A stretch of DNA of 63,946 nt, filler included, from Octopus bimaculoides (GCF_001194135.2; 5 parts of 5 records of this genome joined end to end with filler, not necessarily neighbours in it); one strand, 5' to 3'. Positions 51,565-63,946 are shown, counted from the whole stretch's first letter. Made by a program: numbers and translations. Notes: a model not told the origin generated them from the letters alone.

Positions 51565-52734
51565 CTGTATGTATTTGTGTGTGAAATAATTAGAAGCTGG
51601 GAGTGTTGCCTGAGTAGCATTAACAGTTTTATATCATCAACTGTTTAATGGAATGGAATTTTTACTGATAGTAATCATTATATTAATATTTGGGTTTTGA
51701 ATTCTTTGCTGAAATAGAAAAGACTCTATCGCTTCATCATTGTCTTTTGTTGTTGTGCTATGATGCGGTGTGTGAGTGTGTGTGCGCGTGCGTGTGCGTA
51801 CTGCGTGTGTGTGCGTGTGTGTGTGTGTATGTGTTATATGCATCTACGCACAATCTTCAGTGCTCACATACAGATATGTACATACGAATATGTGTTTCGG
51901 TGTACGTGCATATATGTGTATATACATATAGGTATATATATATATATNNNNNNNNNNNNNNNNNNNNNNNNNNNNNNNNNNNNNNNNNNNNNNNNNNNNN
52001 NNNNNNNNNNNNNNNNNNNNNNNNNNNNNNNNNNNNNNNNNNNNNNNNNNNNNNNNNNNNNNNNNNNNNNNNNNNNNNNNNNNNNNNNNNNNNNNNNNNN
52101 NNNNNNNNNNNNNNNNNNNNNNNNNNNNNNNNNNNNNNNNNNNNNNNNNNNNNNNNNNNNNNNNNNNNNNNNNNNNNNNNNNNNNNNNNNNNNNNNNNNN
52201 NNNNNNNNNNNNNNNNNNNNNNNNNNNNNNNNNNNNNNNNNNNNNNNNNNNNNNNNNNNNNNNNNNNNNNNNNNNNNNNNNNNNNNNNNNNNNNNNNNNN
52301 NNNNNNNNNNNNNNNNNNNNNNNNNNNNNNNNNNNNNNNNNNNNNNNNNNNNNNNNNNNNNNNNNNNNNNNNNNNNNNNNNNNNNNNNNNNNNNNNNNNN
52401 NNNNNNNNNTATATATATATATATATGTATATGTATATATATAGTGATAGAGAGAGAGATGTGCATCCATGTGTGTGCATGTGAGCGCGTGAGCGTGTAA
52501 ATTTAGAATTTTAGATTCGTTTTTCCCGTTGGCCGATCGTCAATCTGGCTCTGTTTTCAAATCCAAGAAAATAGAGACACTGAATATCTCAACAATTGAA
52601 ATCTCAAACACTTTATAACTGAATTGAACAGCTAAAATCTCATCCACCAGGCTCCTCCAAGTGGTTGGTCCTTAACTATTCTGGCTACAATTTTATATAT
52701 AATCACTTGTTTTCCAGTTTGTTGCATTAGGTTA

Positions 52735-53066
52735 TATTATCATCGTCACCATTACCATCAACATCATTATCAGTAGCAGCGCCATCTTTATCTTCCCATC
52801 ATCGCCATTATCATCATCAAAATCATTTTCATTATCACCATCATCACCATCATCGTCGTCTTCTTTATCATCATTACTATCATCATCACTACCACCACCA
52901 CTATCATCGTCATCATCATCGACATCATTATCATCATCATCATCAGGACCACCACTACCACCACCATCATTACCACCATAGTTATCATCACCGCTGCCAC
53001 CACCCTCGTCATCATCGTCACCTCCATCATCTTCATCATCATCATTACCACCATCATCATCATTAT
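52735..53066. repeat. Degenerate (CAT/CAC)n trinucleotide region
   Basis: Low-complexity ATC/ACC triplets. Confidence 0.85.
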
Positions 53067-53404
53067 ATTTTATGCCCCAGGAGTATTGCAATTCAGTAAG
53101 TACACAACATGTTTCCAGTTCTGTTATTTTGACGGTTTCATTAGTTAACCCAATATAGGTGGATTCACTAAAATAGAATGACGGTAGCTTCTGCTATGGA
53201 GGCTGTGAATAATGTGGTACTATCAACATAATCTATGTCTGTTATTGCTGTGTTTGGCTGATGATGCGAGGAGGAGCTTGTAAAACAGAGTTCTTTTATT
53301 TTGTCACCTGACGTGCGAGAGAAAGACACAAGCTTTGCTTGTTGCTTGATGTTCTTCCTCTATTGATCTGGGGGTCATACCAGGTTAGTGGTCCCAGAAA
53401 CTTC

Positions 53405-54460
53405 ATCATGCGTAGTGCGAACCAGATCCACCTATCGGTTCCATCGCTGGCAGTCTCGTGTCAGCCCTTCTCCATCCTCCAAACTGACGTCGAGCTTCTG
53501 GAGATGTTCCCCAGTCATGTCCAACGGGAACTGTCAGGCGGCTTCTTGTAGCCTCATTCTCGACAAAGTTAAGGGTGATGATAAATAGAAACGATGCAAA
53601 TATATTGCCTTGCAAGACACCGATATTAATGTTGAAGAAATCAGCGTCTCTATAAGATTTTGTAGAACATCATGACGGCTTCTACTTCTTGAAATACGTT
53701 GTATGTAAGAAGAGTTTACTCCATTTTGCCTCATTGGACAGTATAAAGTCTTCTAAACAATCTATAAACACTAAAACTTTATGTAAACGTTCAACCCAGA
53801 CTCTGTCAATGATTTTTCTCACATTTAAAATTTGTTCAACCGTAGACTGATTTTTCCCTGAACCCGTATAGGTTTCTTCATAAGTTCTTAAATTCTTGTT
53901 TTATACAATTCGGCAACAATTCAATAATTGTTTTTAGACTTTTGTGCTTCTATCACCGGTAAAGGAATCAGTCAGTAATTTTTAGTCATGTCTAAATAAC
54001 CTTTCTTTGGGAATGGTAGAATACAACCTCCAGTTTACTTCACAATTCTATTCTTATTCTGAACCGCACTACAAAATTATAGGAGGCTATCACTCAATGG
54101 TTTTGTCTTCGAAACTTCTAGTACTATATTGATCAAGTTCGCCAACCTGTTTTTGGTTCTTTTCAGTCCTTCAGATAGTTCATCTAATGTGAAATCATCA
54201 ACTTGGATGCCGAGCTTCTGCTTAGTATTAATTTCATTGGGTCTATTTGAAACTTCTGGGATAATACACACAGGTTCTGGAAATGTTCCTTCCACTTGTT
54301 TAGTCATTCATACGACTTGTGGCTTTTACTTTCAACTTACTCATACATTTCCTACTACTAATTGCATTGACCAGTAAACATGTCAGGAAGGATTGTGTTG
54401 CTGCTGTATTCACAATCAAACCTATTTTGTTTCCACAATATTTCCGTTCGATTTCATAAG
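53405..54460 (-). mobile_element. Decayed RTE-clade LINE
   Basis: Minus strand gives KLGIQVDDFTLDELSEGLKRTKNR, GCILPFPKKG, STVEQILNVRKII, VFID and IGVLQGNIFASFLFIITLNFV (cf. GVLQGDTLAP.LFII.LDYV). Many stops and deletions. Confidence 0.75.
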
Positions 54461-54469
54461 TGCAGTTTC

Positions 54470-54753
54470 TTGTTGGCACTCCGTCGCTTACGACGTCGAG
54501 GGTTCCAGTTGATCCGATCAACGGAACAGCCTGCTCGTGAAATTAACGTGCAAGTGGCTGAGCACTCCACAGACACGTGTACCCTAAACGTAGTTCTCGG
54601 AGATATTCAGCGTGACACAGTGTGACAAGGCTGACCCTTTGAATTACAGGCACAACAGAAACAGAAAGTGAGAGTGAGAGAAAGTTGTGGTGGAAGAGTA
54701 CAGCAGGGTTCGCCACCATCCCCTGCCGGACCCTCGAGGAGCTTTAAGTGTTT
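54470..54753 (-). mobile_element. SINE type C (head lost in gap)
   Basis: Near-identical reverse complement of the 35683-36066 body and tail. Confidence 0.92.
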
Positions 54754-55380
54754 NNNNNNNNNNNNNNNNNNNNNNNNNNNNNNNNNNNNNNNNNNNNNNN
54801 NNNNNNNNNNNNNNNNNNNNNNNNNNNNNNNNNNNNNNNNNNNNNNNNNNNNNNNNNNNNNNNNNNNNNNNNNNNNNNNNNNNNNNNNNNNNNNNNNNNN
54901 NNNNNNNNNNNNNNNNNNNNNNNNNNNNNNNNNNNNNNNNNNNNNNNNNNNNNNNNNNNNNNNNNNNNNNNNNNNNNNNNNNNNNNNNNNNNNNNNNNNN
55001 NNNNNNNNNNNNNNNNNNNNNNNNNNNNNNNNNNNNNNNNNNNNNNNNNNNNNNNNNNNNNNNNNNNNNNNNNNNNNNNNNNNNNNNNNNNNNNNNNNNN
55101 NNNNNNNNNNNNNNNNNNNNNNNNNNNNNNNNNNNNNNNNNNNNNNNNNNNNNNNNNNNNNNNNNNNNNNNNNNNNNNNNNNNNNNNNNNNNNNNNNNNN
55201 NNNNNNNNNNNNNNNNNNNNNNNNNNNNNNNNNNNNNNNNNNNNNNNNNNNNNNNNNNNNNNNNNNNNNNNNNNNNNNNNNNNNNNNNNNNNNNNNNNNN
55301 NNNNNNNNNNNNNNNNNNNNNNNNNNNNNNNNNNNNNNNNNNNNNNNNNNNNNNNNNNNNNNNNNNNNNNNNNNNNNNNN

Positions 55381-55434
<54 letters not shown>

Positions 55435-56261
55435 TGTAGTGTGTATCTAAATATATATGTATATATATATATATACACATATATACATATACATGTGGGT
55501 GTGTGTAAGTGTGGGTATGTGTTGGTGTGGTTGTGTATGTATGTATATAGTGTTATAGTATACATAATATACTATAGTATCAGGAGACAGATTTTCTGTA
55601 TACTAGAGATTTGTAAATGTTTTTTTTTTGTCAGTAGCTTCTTTTCATAATATCTAACATTACCAAAAAGACTGGATCACATGATATCACAAAAGATAAC
55701 GTTACAGATCGTTTCAAAAAGTTAGCCTTGGATTTAGCATATCCATAAAACTGTCTTCTCCAGAATGTGTCGTTATGTAGAGCCCCAGGGACATTAGCTA
55801 CACTAAATGTTGCAAACATTATTACATTTTCTTATGGTAATTCAATGGTTAAATGTCTATAAAATAGTATTTATCTGTCTATAATGATTTGTTTTGTTTT
55901 GTCTATAATGATTTGTTTTGTTAGAGGCAATGAGCCGCTGAACTCGGCAGCTATGATATACAAGGGTAGCTCTTGGAACTGCTTGCAATTCGGGCCACAT
56001 TCTAGTCTTTAAGGCTTAAATTATGTCGTACAAGTTCAGGCAATTTGTTTAATTGCTGAGAATTCGCTGCTATATTGAACGTGTCGAGCAACTATCCAAT
56101 ACTTTCTAACACATTTGAAAATACTTCTAGGTTTCAATGGAAAGATTGCCGCAACGACAAAAAAGTTGACAAGATGCCGAAACATCAACGTGATTTTAAC
56201 ATCCTCCCCTAAAATTGCTAGCTTCGTGCCAAAATTTGAAACCAAAATTTGATTAGAGTAA

Positions 56262-56475
56262 CGCGGTGGGCTAGCAGAGTGGTTAGCACGCCGGACAAAA
56301 TGCTCAGTGGCATTTCGTCCGTCTATATATTCGAAGTTCAAATTCCGCTGAGGTTGATTTGATTTTGCCTTTCATCCTTTTTGGGACGATAAAATAAGGA
56401 CCAATTATGTATTGGGGGGTCGCCTTAATCCTCCTATGAAATTACTGGCCTTGGGCCAAAATTTGAAACCAATAT
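56262..56475 (+). mobile_element. SINE type B, preceded by an isolated type B tail (about 56195-56250)
   Basis: GGTTAGCACGCCGGACAAAATGC head, TTTTGCCTTTCATCC core, GGCCAAAATTTGAAACCAAT tail. Confidence 0.75.
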
Positions 56476-57049
56476 TTCGTTAGAGATATTTCACTTCACT
56501 TTCAGCACACTACTTTTCTTTAACCTCTTCCGGTATGTGGAGCTTTGTAGCTAGTTAATTGGAAACAAATATTTTATGTCTTATCAAGGAAATGAGTTTC
56601 AGACAAACGAACACGTTTCAAAAACGTGATGTTTCGTTTATAGATAAGTTAACGGTGATGGAAATACGGCATCTAAAAAGTGAAAAGACATTAAAACATT
56701 TAAGCAAATGAAAACTAACATCAAATGTAGGTGATAGTGCGTGTGTGTCACAGTTGAGTCAATGGGGTTGAAGGGCGCTCAGTTGCTTCAGATTGTTCGC
56801 GGTAAAGTATTTATTCTTTTATATTCGTACTGAGTGTATTTATGCGCTCACTGACGATTCAGTTCCTTAAACGCTGAGGATGAAATCGTCACCGAAGACG
56901 CTTTAACAAAGAAAATCAACAGATGAGATGAGACTAAATACTGTAAGCTATTTAGTTCGGCGCTCTCTTACTTTTACCAACTCGGAGAATTATCATTTCC
57001 ATACTAACCGTTGGAGTTGTAACCTTGGAAAACAGGGATATTGGTTCTG

Positions 57050-57050
<1 letters not shown>

Positions 57051-57096
<46 letters not shown>

Positions 57097-57110
57097 CATT
57101 ACTGCTGCTG

Positions 57111-57168
<58 letters not shown>

Positions 57169-57276
57169 TACCCTACCACTACAACGACGACTATGGCTAC
57201 TACTGTTGCTACTGCCGCTATTACATAGCCTGTTAAAGAAACAAGTACTAACAGCGGTTAGCAGCAGCAGCAATGA

Positions 57277-57338
<62 letters not shown>

Positions 57339-57339
57339 T

Positions 57340-57415
<76 letters not shown>
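57051..57415. repeat. Inverted pair of trinucleotide tracts, (CTA)n...(TAG)n
   Basis: (CTA)n with CTG interruption at 57051-57162; (TAG)n with CAG interruption at 57277-57415. Confidence 0.9.
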
Positions 57416-57416
<1 letters not shown>

Positions 57417-57862
57417 ATTTGGTGGTGGTGGTGGTAACAACAGTTGAGGCAACAGCAGAGGCAAAAGAAAAGCATTTGTCCACAATTTCAATGTTTGGTT
57501 GTGTGTGTGTGTGTATGTGTGTGTGTGTGTGTGCGTGTGTGTGTGTGTGCGTGTGTGTGTGTGTGTGTGTGTAAATATATATGTACATTATACACACACA
57601 CACATATGTATATATATATANNNNNNNNNNNNNAATAAAGACAAAAGTAAGAAATAATACTCGTTAGATTTTTTTTTCTAAATTTCCAACAAATTTTCGT
57701 TTAATTTGTATTCTTAAATTGCGTGAATAAGAGGCGAAGGAGGAGATCTGTCAGGGACGCTGTAGTGCGAAACGGTATGAAGCAAGCTTTGTATGAATAA
57801 CTCTTCATGTCACGTTATCAAACTTCATATCCACAAAACCTTAAAGTCATACACTCGCATAC

Positions 57863-57900
<38 letters not shown>

Positions 57901-59619
57901 GTACACACACAAACACGCACACACACACATATATACTTGCATTATACAATTTGATACAGATACATAAATATCTACGTGCATGCATATACATTTGCAGTAA
58001 CAACAAACAACGAAACCTAAGAACATAACGAACTAAGATTTATACAAAAATATGCATAAGACAAGAGGCCATTAAGTTGTTATTTTATGCCTATTTCACT
58101 TCATTATGTAAACCTAGGAAACTTCCAGCTAAGACTTCACCATCACTTTAACCTTTATCGCTGATTGATATTTTTCGATAAAAGAGATAAATAAATATCT
58201 AAAATAAGATGAAATTTTAAAAAAAACAAAGCAGAAGATAATAAAGGTATCGATATTTGAATTTAAAAGACTCAAAAGGTGATATTTAAAAAGAAAATTC
58301 GAAACAATACAAAATAATGTGTGTATGTGTGTGTGAGTGTGTGTATATATATGTATNNNNNNNNNNNNNNNNNNNNNNNNNNNNNNNNNNNNNNNNNNNN
58401 NNNNNNNNNNNNNNNNNNNNNNNNNNNNNNNNNNNNNNNNNNNNNNNNNNNNNNNNNNNNNNNNNNNNNNNNNNNNNNNNNNNNNNNNNNNNNNNNNNNN
58501 NNNNNNNNNNNNNNNNNNNNNNNNNNNNNNNNNNNNNNNNNNNNNNNNNNNNNNNNNNNNNNNNNNNNNNNNNNNNNNNNNNNNNNNNNNNNNNNNNNNN
58601 NNNNNNNNNNNNNNNNNNNNNNNNNNNNNNNNNNNNNNNNNNNNNNNNNNNNNNNNNNNNNNNNNNNNNNNNNNNNNNNNNNNNNNNNNNNNNNNNNNNN
58701 NNNNNNNNNNNNNNNNNNNNNNNNNNNNNNNNNNNNNNNNNNNNNNNNNNNNNNNNNNNNNNNNNNNNNNNNNNNNNNNNNNNNNNNNNNNNNNNNNNNN
58801 NNNNNNNNNNNNNNNNNNNNNNNNNNNNNNNNNNNNNNNNNNNNNNNNNNNNNNNNNNNNNNNNNNNNNNNNNNNNNNNNNNNNNNNNNNNNNNNNNNNN
58901 NNNNNNNNNNNNNNNNNNNNNNNNNNNNNNNNNNNNNNNNNNNNNNNNNNNNNNNNNNNNNNNNNNNNNNNNNNNNNNNNNNNNNNNNNNNNNNNNNNNN
59001 NNNNNNNNNNNNNNNNNNNNNNNNNNNNNNNNNNNNNNNNNNNNNNNNNNNNNNNNNNNNNNNNNNNNNNNNNNNNNNNNNNNNNNNNNNNNNNNNNNNN
59101 NNNNNNNNNNNNNNNNNNNNNNNNNNNNNNNNNNNNNNNNNNNNNNNNNNNNNNNNNNNNNNNNNNNNNNNNNNNNNNNNNNNNNNNNNNNNNNNNNNNN
59201 NNNNNNNNNNNNNATATAAAGAAATATGTTAACCGATAGAATAAAAGTACAGATATAATATAATTCAAAAATGAAATAAAACATGCAAAAACACACACAA
59301 AAAAATTCGTTATATTGCAAATAGAATCCTACAGAATGACACGACACAGTTTCATGAATACTTCTGTTGCACAGGAACGGAATCCATGACAATAAAGAAA
59401 AATGCTTCTCAACTGTCTCAAGAAGTTATCGCTGTTGGATGGTGGGTTTTATTTATTCGTGAAGAAACGTAAGGATAAGAGAGAAACAATGAACGAAGTG
59501 GATACTGACAGAGATTGAGAAAGAGAGAGAAAGAGAATGAGAAACCGAGAAAGGGAGAAACCGACTGACAGACTGATCATGATCATGCAAGGTATGTGTG
59601 TGTGTGTGTATTATTATTA

Positions 59620-59657
<38 letters not shown>

Positions 59658-59981
59658 TTTTTTTTTTTTTTTTTTTTTNNNNNNNNNNNNNNNNNNNNNN
59701 NNNNNNNNNNNNNNNNNNNNNNNNNNNNNNNNNNNNNNNNNNNNNNNNNNNNNNNNNNNNNNNNNNNNNNNNNNNNNNNNNNNNNNNNNNNNNNNNNNNN
59801 NNNNNNNNNNNNNNNNNNNNNNNNNNNNNNNNNNNNNNNNNNNNNNNNNNNNNNNNNNNNNNNNNNNNNNNNNNNNNNNNNNNNNNNNNNNNNNNNNNNN
59901 NNNNNNNNNNNNNNNNNNNNNNNNNNNNNNNNNNNNNNNNNNNNNNNNNNNNNNNNNNNNNNNNNNNNNNNNNNNNNNNNN

Positions 59982-60015
<34 letters not shown>

Positions 60016-60230
60016 GCATGTATAGGAAATAGGAAGTGAGACAAGATGAGTAAAAAAGAAAGAGTGCAAAATTGAAAGAGCAGCGAAAGTTTATTGTCGA
60101 AAAAGAATTGTGAAGGAAGGTAGTAGATTAAGAGAAAGATAATCTGAAGAAATCTTAGAAGACGAAGACAAAGGATGTGACGACTGAGACAGGGAGTGAG
60201 AGAGAAAAAGAGAGAGAGAGAGAGATGGAA

Positions 60231-60283
<53 letters not shown>

Positions 60284-60639
60284 AAAAGTGGGATGGTGAA
60301 GGTGTGAGAGTTTCAAAGAAAGAGACAAACAAAACAGGAATGATAATGATAACAGTACAAATAGTGGGATTTCAGGAAACAGAAAACGCAATATAGAATA
60401 TAAGGAAAAAAAGAATGTATGAAAGCTTTCAAGACAGAAAGATCTGCATGTATGTATATAGATATATATACATCGATGGTTGTCTCTCGTAGTCCGAGAA
60501 AGACGGATCAGCAATTTCTTGCTGAACAACCTGCACAAATGATTCGTTAATAGTGAGGAAATGCATATGCTGTACATTATCTTATCTCTACGTTCTATAA
60601 AATCTTTGCCTGAATAATTTGCACGGTCTACCACACTTC

Positions 60640-60765
60640 AGGTATCGAAGTGATCACAGAAAAGTGTGAGATGAAGCGTTTTGCTCAAGAACGCAACACA
60701 CCTCCAGGAATTGAAACCATGTTCTGGCGATCGTGACTGCCTAACCACTAGACCATGCGGCCTCA
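60640..60765 (-). mobile_element. Degenerate type D SINE head
   Basis: TTGCTCAAGAACGCAACAC...AATTGAAACCATG...CTAACCACTAGACCATGCGGCCTC. Confidence 0.5.
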
Positions 60766-60831
60766 TATACACATACATATATACACATATATATATATTT
60801 TTTTATGTATATGATAATAATGATGATGATG

Positions 60832-60924
<93 letters not shown>

Positions 60925-60960
60925 ATATATATTTACACATATATACATATATATATATTA

Positions 60961-60992
<32 letters not shown>

Positions 60993-61386
60993 CTAATTGA
61001 ACGCCACGCATCATCCATTTCCAAGTAAGTTTATCTTCACCTTTTTGATGTGAATCTACTCTATATTGTTTTCTTCCTCCTTCGTTCTCTAATTCCTTTT
61101 TTCTCCCCCTCCCTCTTTCACCGTTTTCTAACTCTCTCTTTCTCTCTCACTTCCCTCTTTCTCTTTCTCTTTCTCTTTTTCTCTCTCTCACTCGTTGCTC
61201 ACACGTGACTATCGTCCATCTTTCTTTTCCTCACGTGACCATCTTTCTTTTCCTGCATGAATGTTCAAAAGATTGGGCGTTTATTTCTCCTTCTTCTGTC
61301 TTTTCTCTTTTCAAAGAAGATATTTCTCCTGGTGTTCACTATTTTCCTCTTGTTCTGGTCTAACGACCCTCCATGTTTGTTTTCAG

Positions 61387-61446
61387 TTGAATTGGGTACT
61401 TAAGTTGGAGCACCAAGTCGGTCCGGTATTATCCGCACAGCTCGAA
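61387..61446 (+). CDS. Candidate 60-nt phase-0 exon: LNWVLKLEHQVGPVLSAQLE
   Basis: TGTTTGTTTTCAG acceptor, GAA|GTAAGG donor; only the phase-0 frame is open. No homology recognised. Confidence 0.35.
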
Positions 61447-61459
61447 GTAAGGTGAATAA

Positions 61460-61992
61460 AATCAAAATAAGCAACAGGGTTTCAAGTAATAATGCAGTAG
61501 ACCATTTCAAGCGGTTCCATTTAATTGAACAATGCAATCATTACATCAATTTAAATGCAGTGCCATCTTCAGCTGTACAAAAAAATTAATGGAATTTTAA
61601 GCCTGTATCTAAGCCTGCGCCTAAGACAGTGTGACATAGTCTTCTAGTTTCAGAATTAGTAGTGGATAAAGAGATAAATGAATTAGAAATGAATTAGAAA
61701 ACTTACAATCCTATGACCTCACTATTCTCCAAACGATTCTTAAAAGTGGTAGTCTACTATTCTTAGCTACAATAGCAACAACATCAATTTCTTCCATCTT
61801 CTTGCTCTGTTAAAATACTCAAGAAAAATTATATTAATGTGTACTAGTTGTTAAAATTCCATTTATTTATTTGTGCAGATGAAGATGGCATTGTATTTAA
61901 ATTGATGTAATGATTGCATTGTTCAATTAAATGGAGCCGCTTGAAACGGTCGCACTGCATTACTACTTGATATCCTGTTGCTTATTTTGATT
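61460..61992. repeat. Long inverted repeat (about 141-bp arms, roughly 90% identical, 250-bp spacer)
   Basis: 61460-61600 matches the reverse complement of 61851-61992, including a 40-nt perfect run. Confidence 0.88.
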
Positions 61993-62501
61993 ATATATAT
62001 ATATGTATATATATATATATTTTATCCAATATATATATATATATTTATCCAATATACACTAGTTTAATATATTGTATTTTGAAGAGATATTTCTTCAATG
62101 AATATATTATATAAAATATCGTAAAATATTAAATATTATTATTAAGTTTGAAAACAGAGAGAACTAATGGAGACAAATCAGTTTATTAATTAATTAACAT
62201 ATTCACTTACAATTGTTTCATTTCACAAACAAAGTTAAAACTACAACACACATATAAATAATTTTGCATTTTAAATACCTTGGATGGAAAATCATCAGGG
62301 TGCACAAAGGAAAATACAAGGATCGCATTAAAAAAAATAAAATACAAGGATCACAAAATAAAAATAAAATATTCTTTCTCTCTATATATAAGGAAAGATG
62401 TATACGTATATGTGTGTGTGCGCGCATGCGCATGCGTGTATGTATGTGTGTGTACATGTGTTTGCATGCATACTTGCGAGTGTATGTGTATGTGTGTAGT
62501 G

Positions 62502-62784
62502 TGTTGTTGGCACTCCGTCGCTTACGACGTCGAGGGTTCCAGTTGATCCGATCAACGGAACAGCCTGCTCGTGAAATTAACGTGCAAGTGGCTGAGCATT
62601 CCACAGACACGTGTACCCTAAACGTAGTTCTCGGGGATATTCAGCGTGACACAGTGTGACAAAGCTGACCCTTTGAATTACAAGCACAACAGAAACAGGA
62701 AGTAAGAGTGAGAGAAAGTTGTGGTGGAAGAGTACAGCAGGGTTCGCCACCATCCCCTGCCGGAGCCTCGGGGAGCTTTAGGTG
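62502..62784 (-). mobile_element. SINE type C (head lost in gap)
   Basis: Near-identical to 54470-54753. Confidence 0.92.
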
Positions 62785-62885
62785 NNNNNNNNNNNNNNNN
62801 NNNNNNNNNNNNNNNNNNNNNNNNNNNNTTAATTAATTAANNNNNNNNNNNNNNNNNNNNNNNNNNNNNNNNNNNNNNNNNNNNA

Positions 62886-63946
62886 GAAAAGTGTCTGCTT
62901 AAGAAAGATGTTTGTATTACTCATTTCAGGAAGACTTCATGCTTCTCTGTTGATGGAGCACTTTGTTTCAGTAATAACACTGATGAGTTATTTCGCTGTT
63001 TGTTCCAAGAGCATGTTCCAGCTTAATGGCGCTTATTCGTTGATTCATCTAAGAGAAGCCTCAAGGCAGTACTATTACACAACGGCAATAAGAAACCATC
63101 CATTCCCATAGGACATTCAGTGCACATGAAGGAGTGTTATGAAAACATGCAAGTACTCCTCAATGCCATAAAGTATACAAACTACAGCTGGAAAATCTGT
63201 GGAGACTTGAAAGTGATTGGAATGTTGATGGGAATGCAATCTGGGTTCACGAAATATTGTTGCTTTTTATGCCTGTGGGACAGTCGTGCAACTAACAAGC
63301 GCTATGTGCAATCAGAGTGGCCTTTGCGAAAATCGTATGAGCCGGGAGTTTCTAGCGTCCAGAGCAAGCCACTTTTAAACCCAGAAAATGTTCTTCTTCC
63401 CACTCTTCACATAAAGCTTGGCCTCATGACACAATTCGTGAAGACACTTGCCCGGAAAAGCTCAAAAGGTTTTGAATATGTGAAGGCCAAATTTCCAAAA
63501 ATCACCGAGGCAAAACTGAAGGAGGGCGTATTCATAGGTCGGCAGATAAAAGAACTTTTGAAGGACAACCACTTCCTCACAGCACTGGATGAAATTGAGC
63601 TTAAAGCCTGGGAATCCTTCAAATGGCTCTGTGAAAATTTCCTAGGTAACAAGAGATCTCTAGAGTTTAGAAATGGAGTGAAATGTCTTCTAGACTCTTA
63701 CGCTGCAATGGGCTGTCGGACGTCACTAAAAGTCCATTTCCTTGATTCACATCTGGACTTATTTGCAGAGAACCTTGGATCAGTGTCTGATGAGCAAGGG
63801 GAAAGCTTTTATCAAGATATTGCATCGACAGAACAACGATATCAAGGATTTTGGAATGCAGGAATGTTAGCTGACTATTGTTGGATCTTATACAGAGATG
63901 AACCTGAGACAAAACACCATAGAAAGTCCAAATCCCAAAGATTTTA
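62886..63946 (+). mobile_element. Chapaev-like (CMC group) DNA transposase, one in-frame stop, runs off the window edge
   Basis: One frame: ...HVPA*WRLFVDSSKRSLKAVLLHNGN...ICGDLKV...GFTKYCCFLCLWDSRA...LLPTLHIKLGLMTQFVK...NFLGN...LKVHFLDSHLD...NLGSVSDEQGESFYQDI...RYQG...MLADYCW. TAA at 63024-63026, then 306 open codons to the edge. Family assignment is from remembered motifs. Confidence 0.8.

Noticed and set aside
52732-53091. Asp/Gly-rich ORF resembling an acidic matrix protein
   Set aside because: Degenerate GAT/GGT repeat, equally open in another frame as poly-Met/Val; no signal peptide or exon boundaries.
24-62659. Numerous ORFs rich in CV, YI, HT, poly-L/I/Y or X
   Set aside because: Translations of microsatellites and N gaps.
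1-63946. CRISPR arrays, rRNA, prokaryotic operons
   Set aside because: None seen; the sequence is eukaryotic and the recurring units are dispersed SINEs, not regularly spaced repeats.

Overview
AT-rich, microsatellite-saturated animal genomic DNA from a gapped short-read assembly (about 5.5 kb of Ns). The repeat repertoire looks like an octopus (coleoid cephalopod) genome; this is recognition from memory, not a database result. No host protein-coding gene could be identified with confidence, and almost all ORFs in the supplied track are microsatellite or gap artefacts. The window is dominated by mobile DNA. (1) Four tRNA-derived SINE types (labelled A-D here) that share or swap modules. (2) LINE relics: a Penelope-like GIY-YIG fragment, a CR1/L2-type 3' end, decayed Tx1/L1-like and RTE copies, and a stack of R4/Dong-type elements embedded in (TAA)n tracts at 43.4-51.1 kb. 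(3) DNA transposon relics: a maT/DD37D fragment, a mariner MITE, two hAT-type MITEs and Helitron-like 3' ends. (4) A nearly intact Chapaev-like transposase ORF at the right edge that the ORF track missed. Weak gene signals are a CCAAT/TATA/Inr promoter candidate at 27.4 kb and several isolated short candidate exons. I found no convincing previously undescribed biological system. The most notable items are the microsatellite-targeted retroelement stack, the Chapaev-like ORF, SINE module shuffling, a captured LINE tail inside a SINE, and several fold-back structures.
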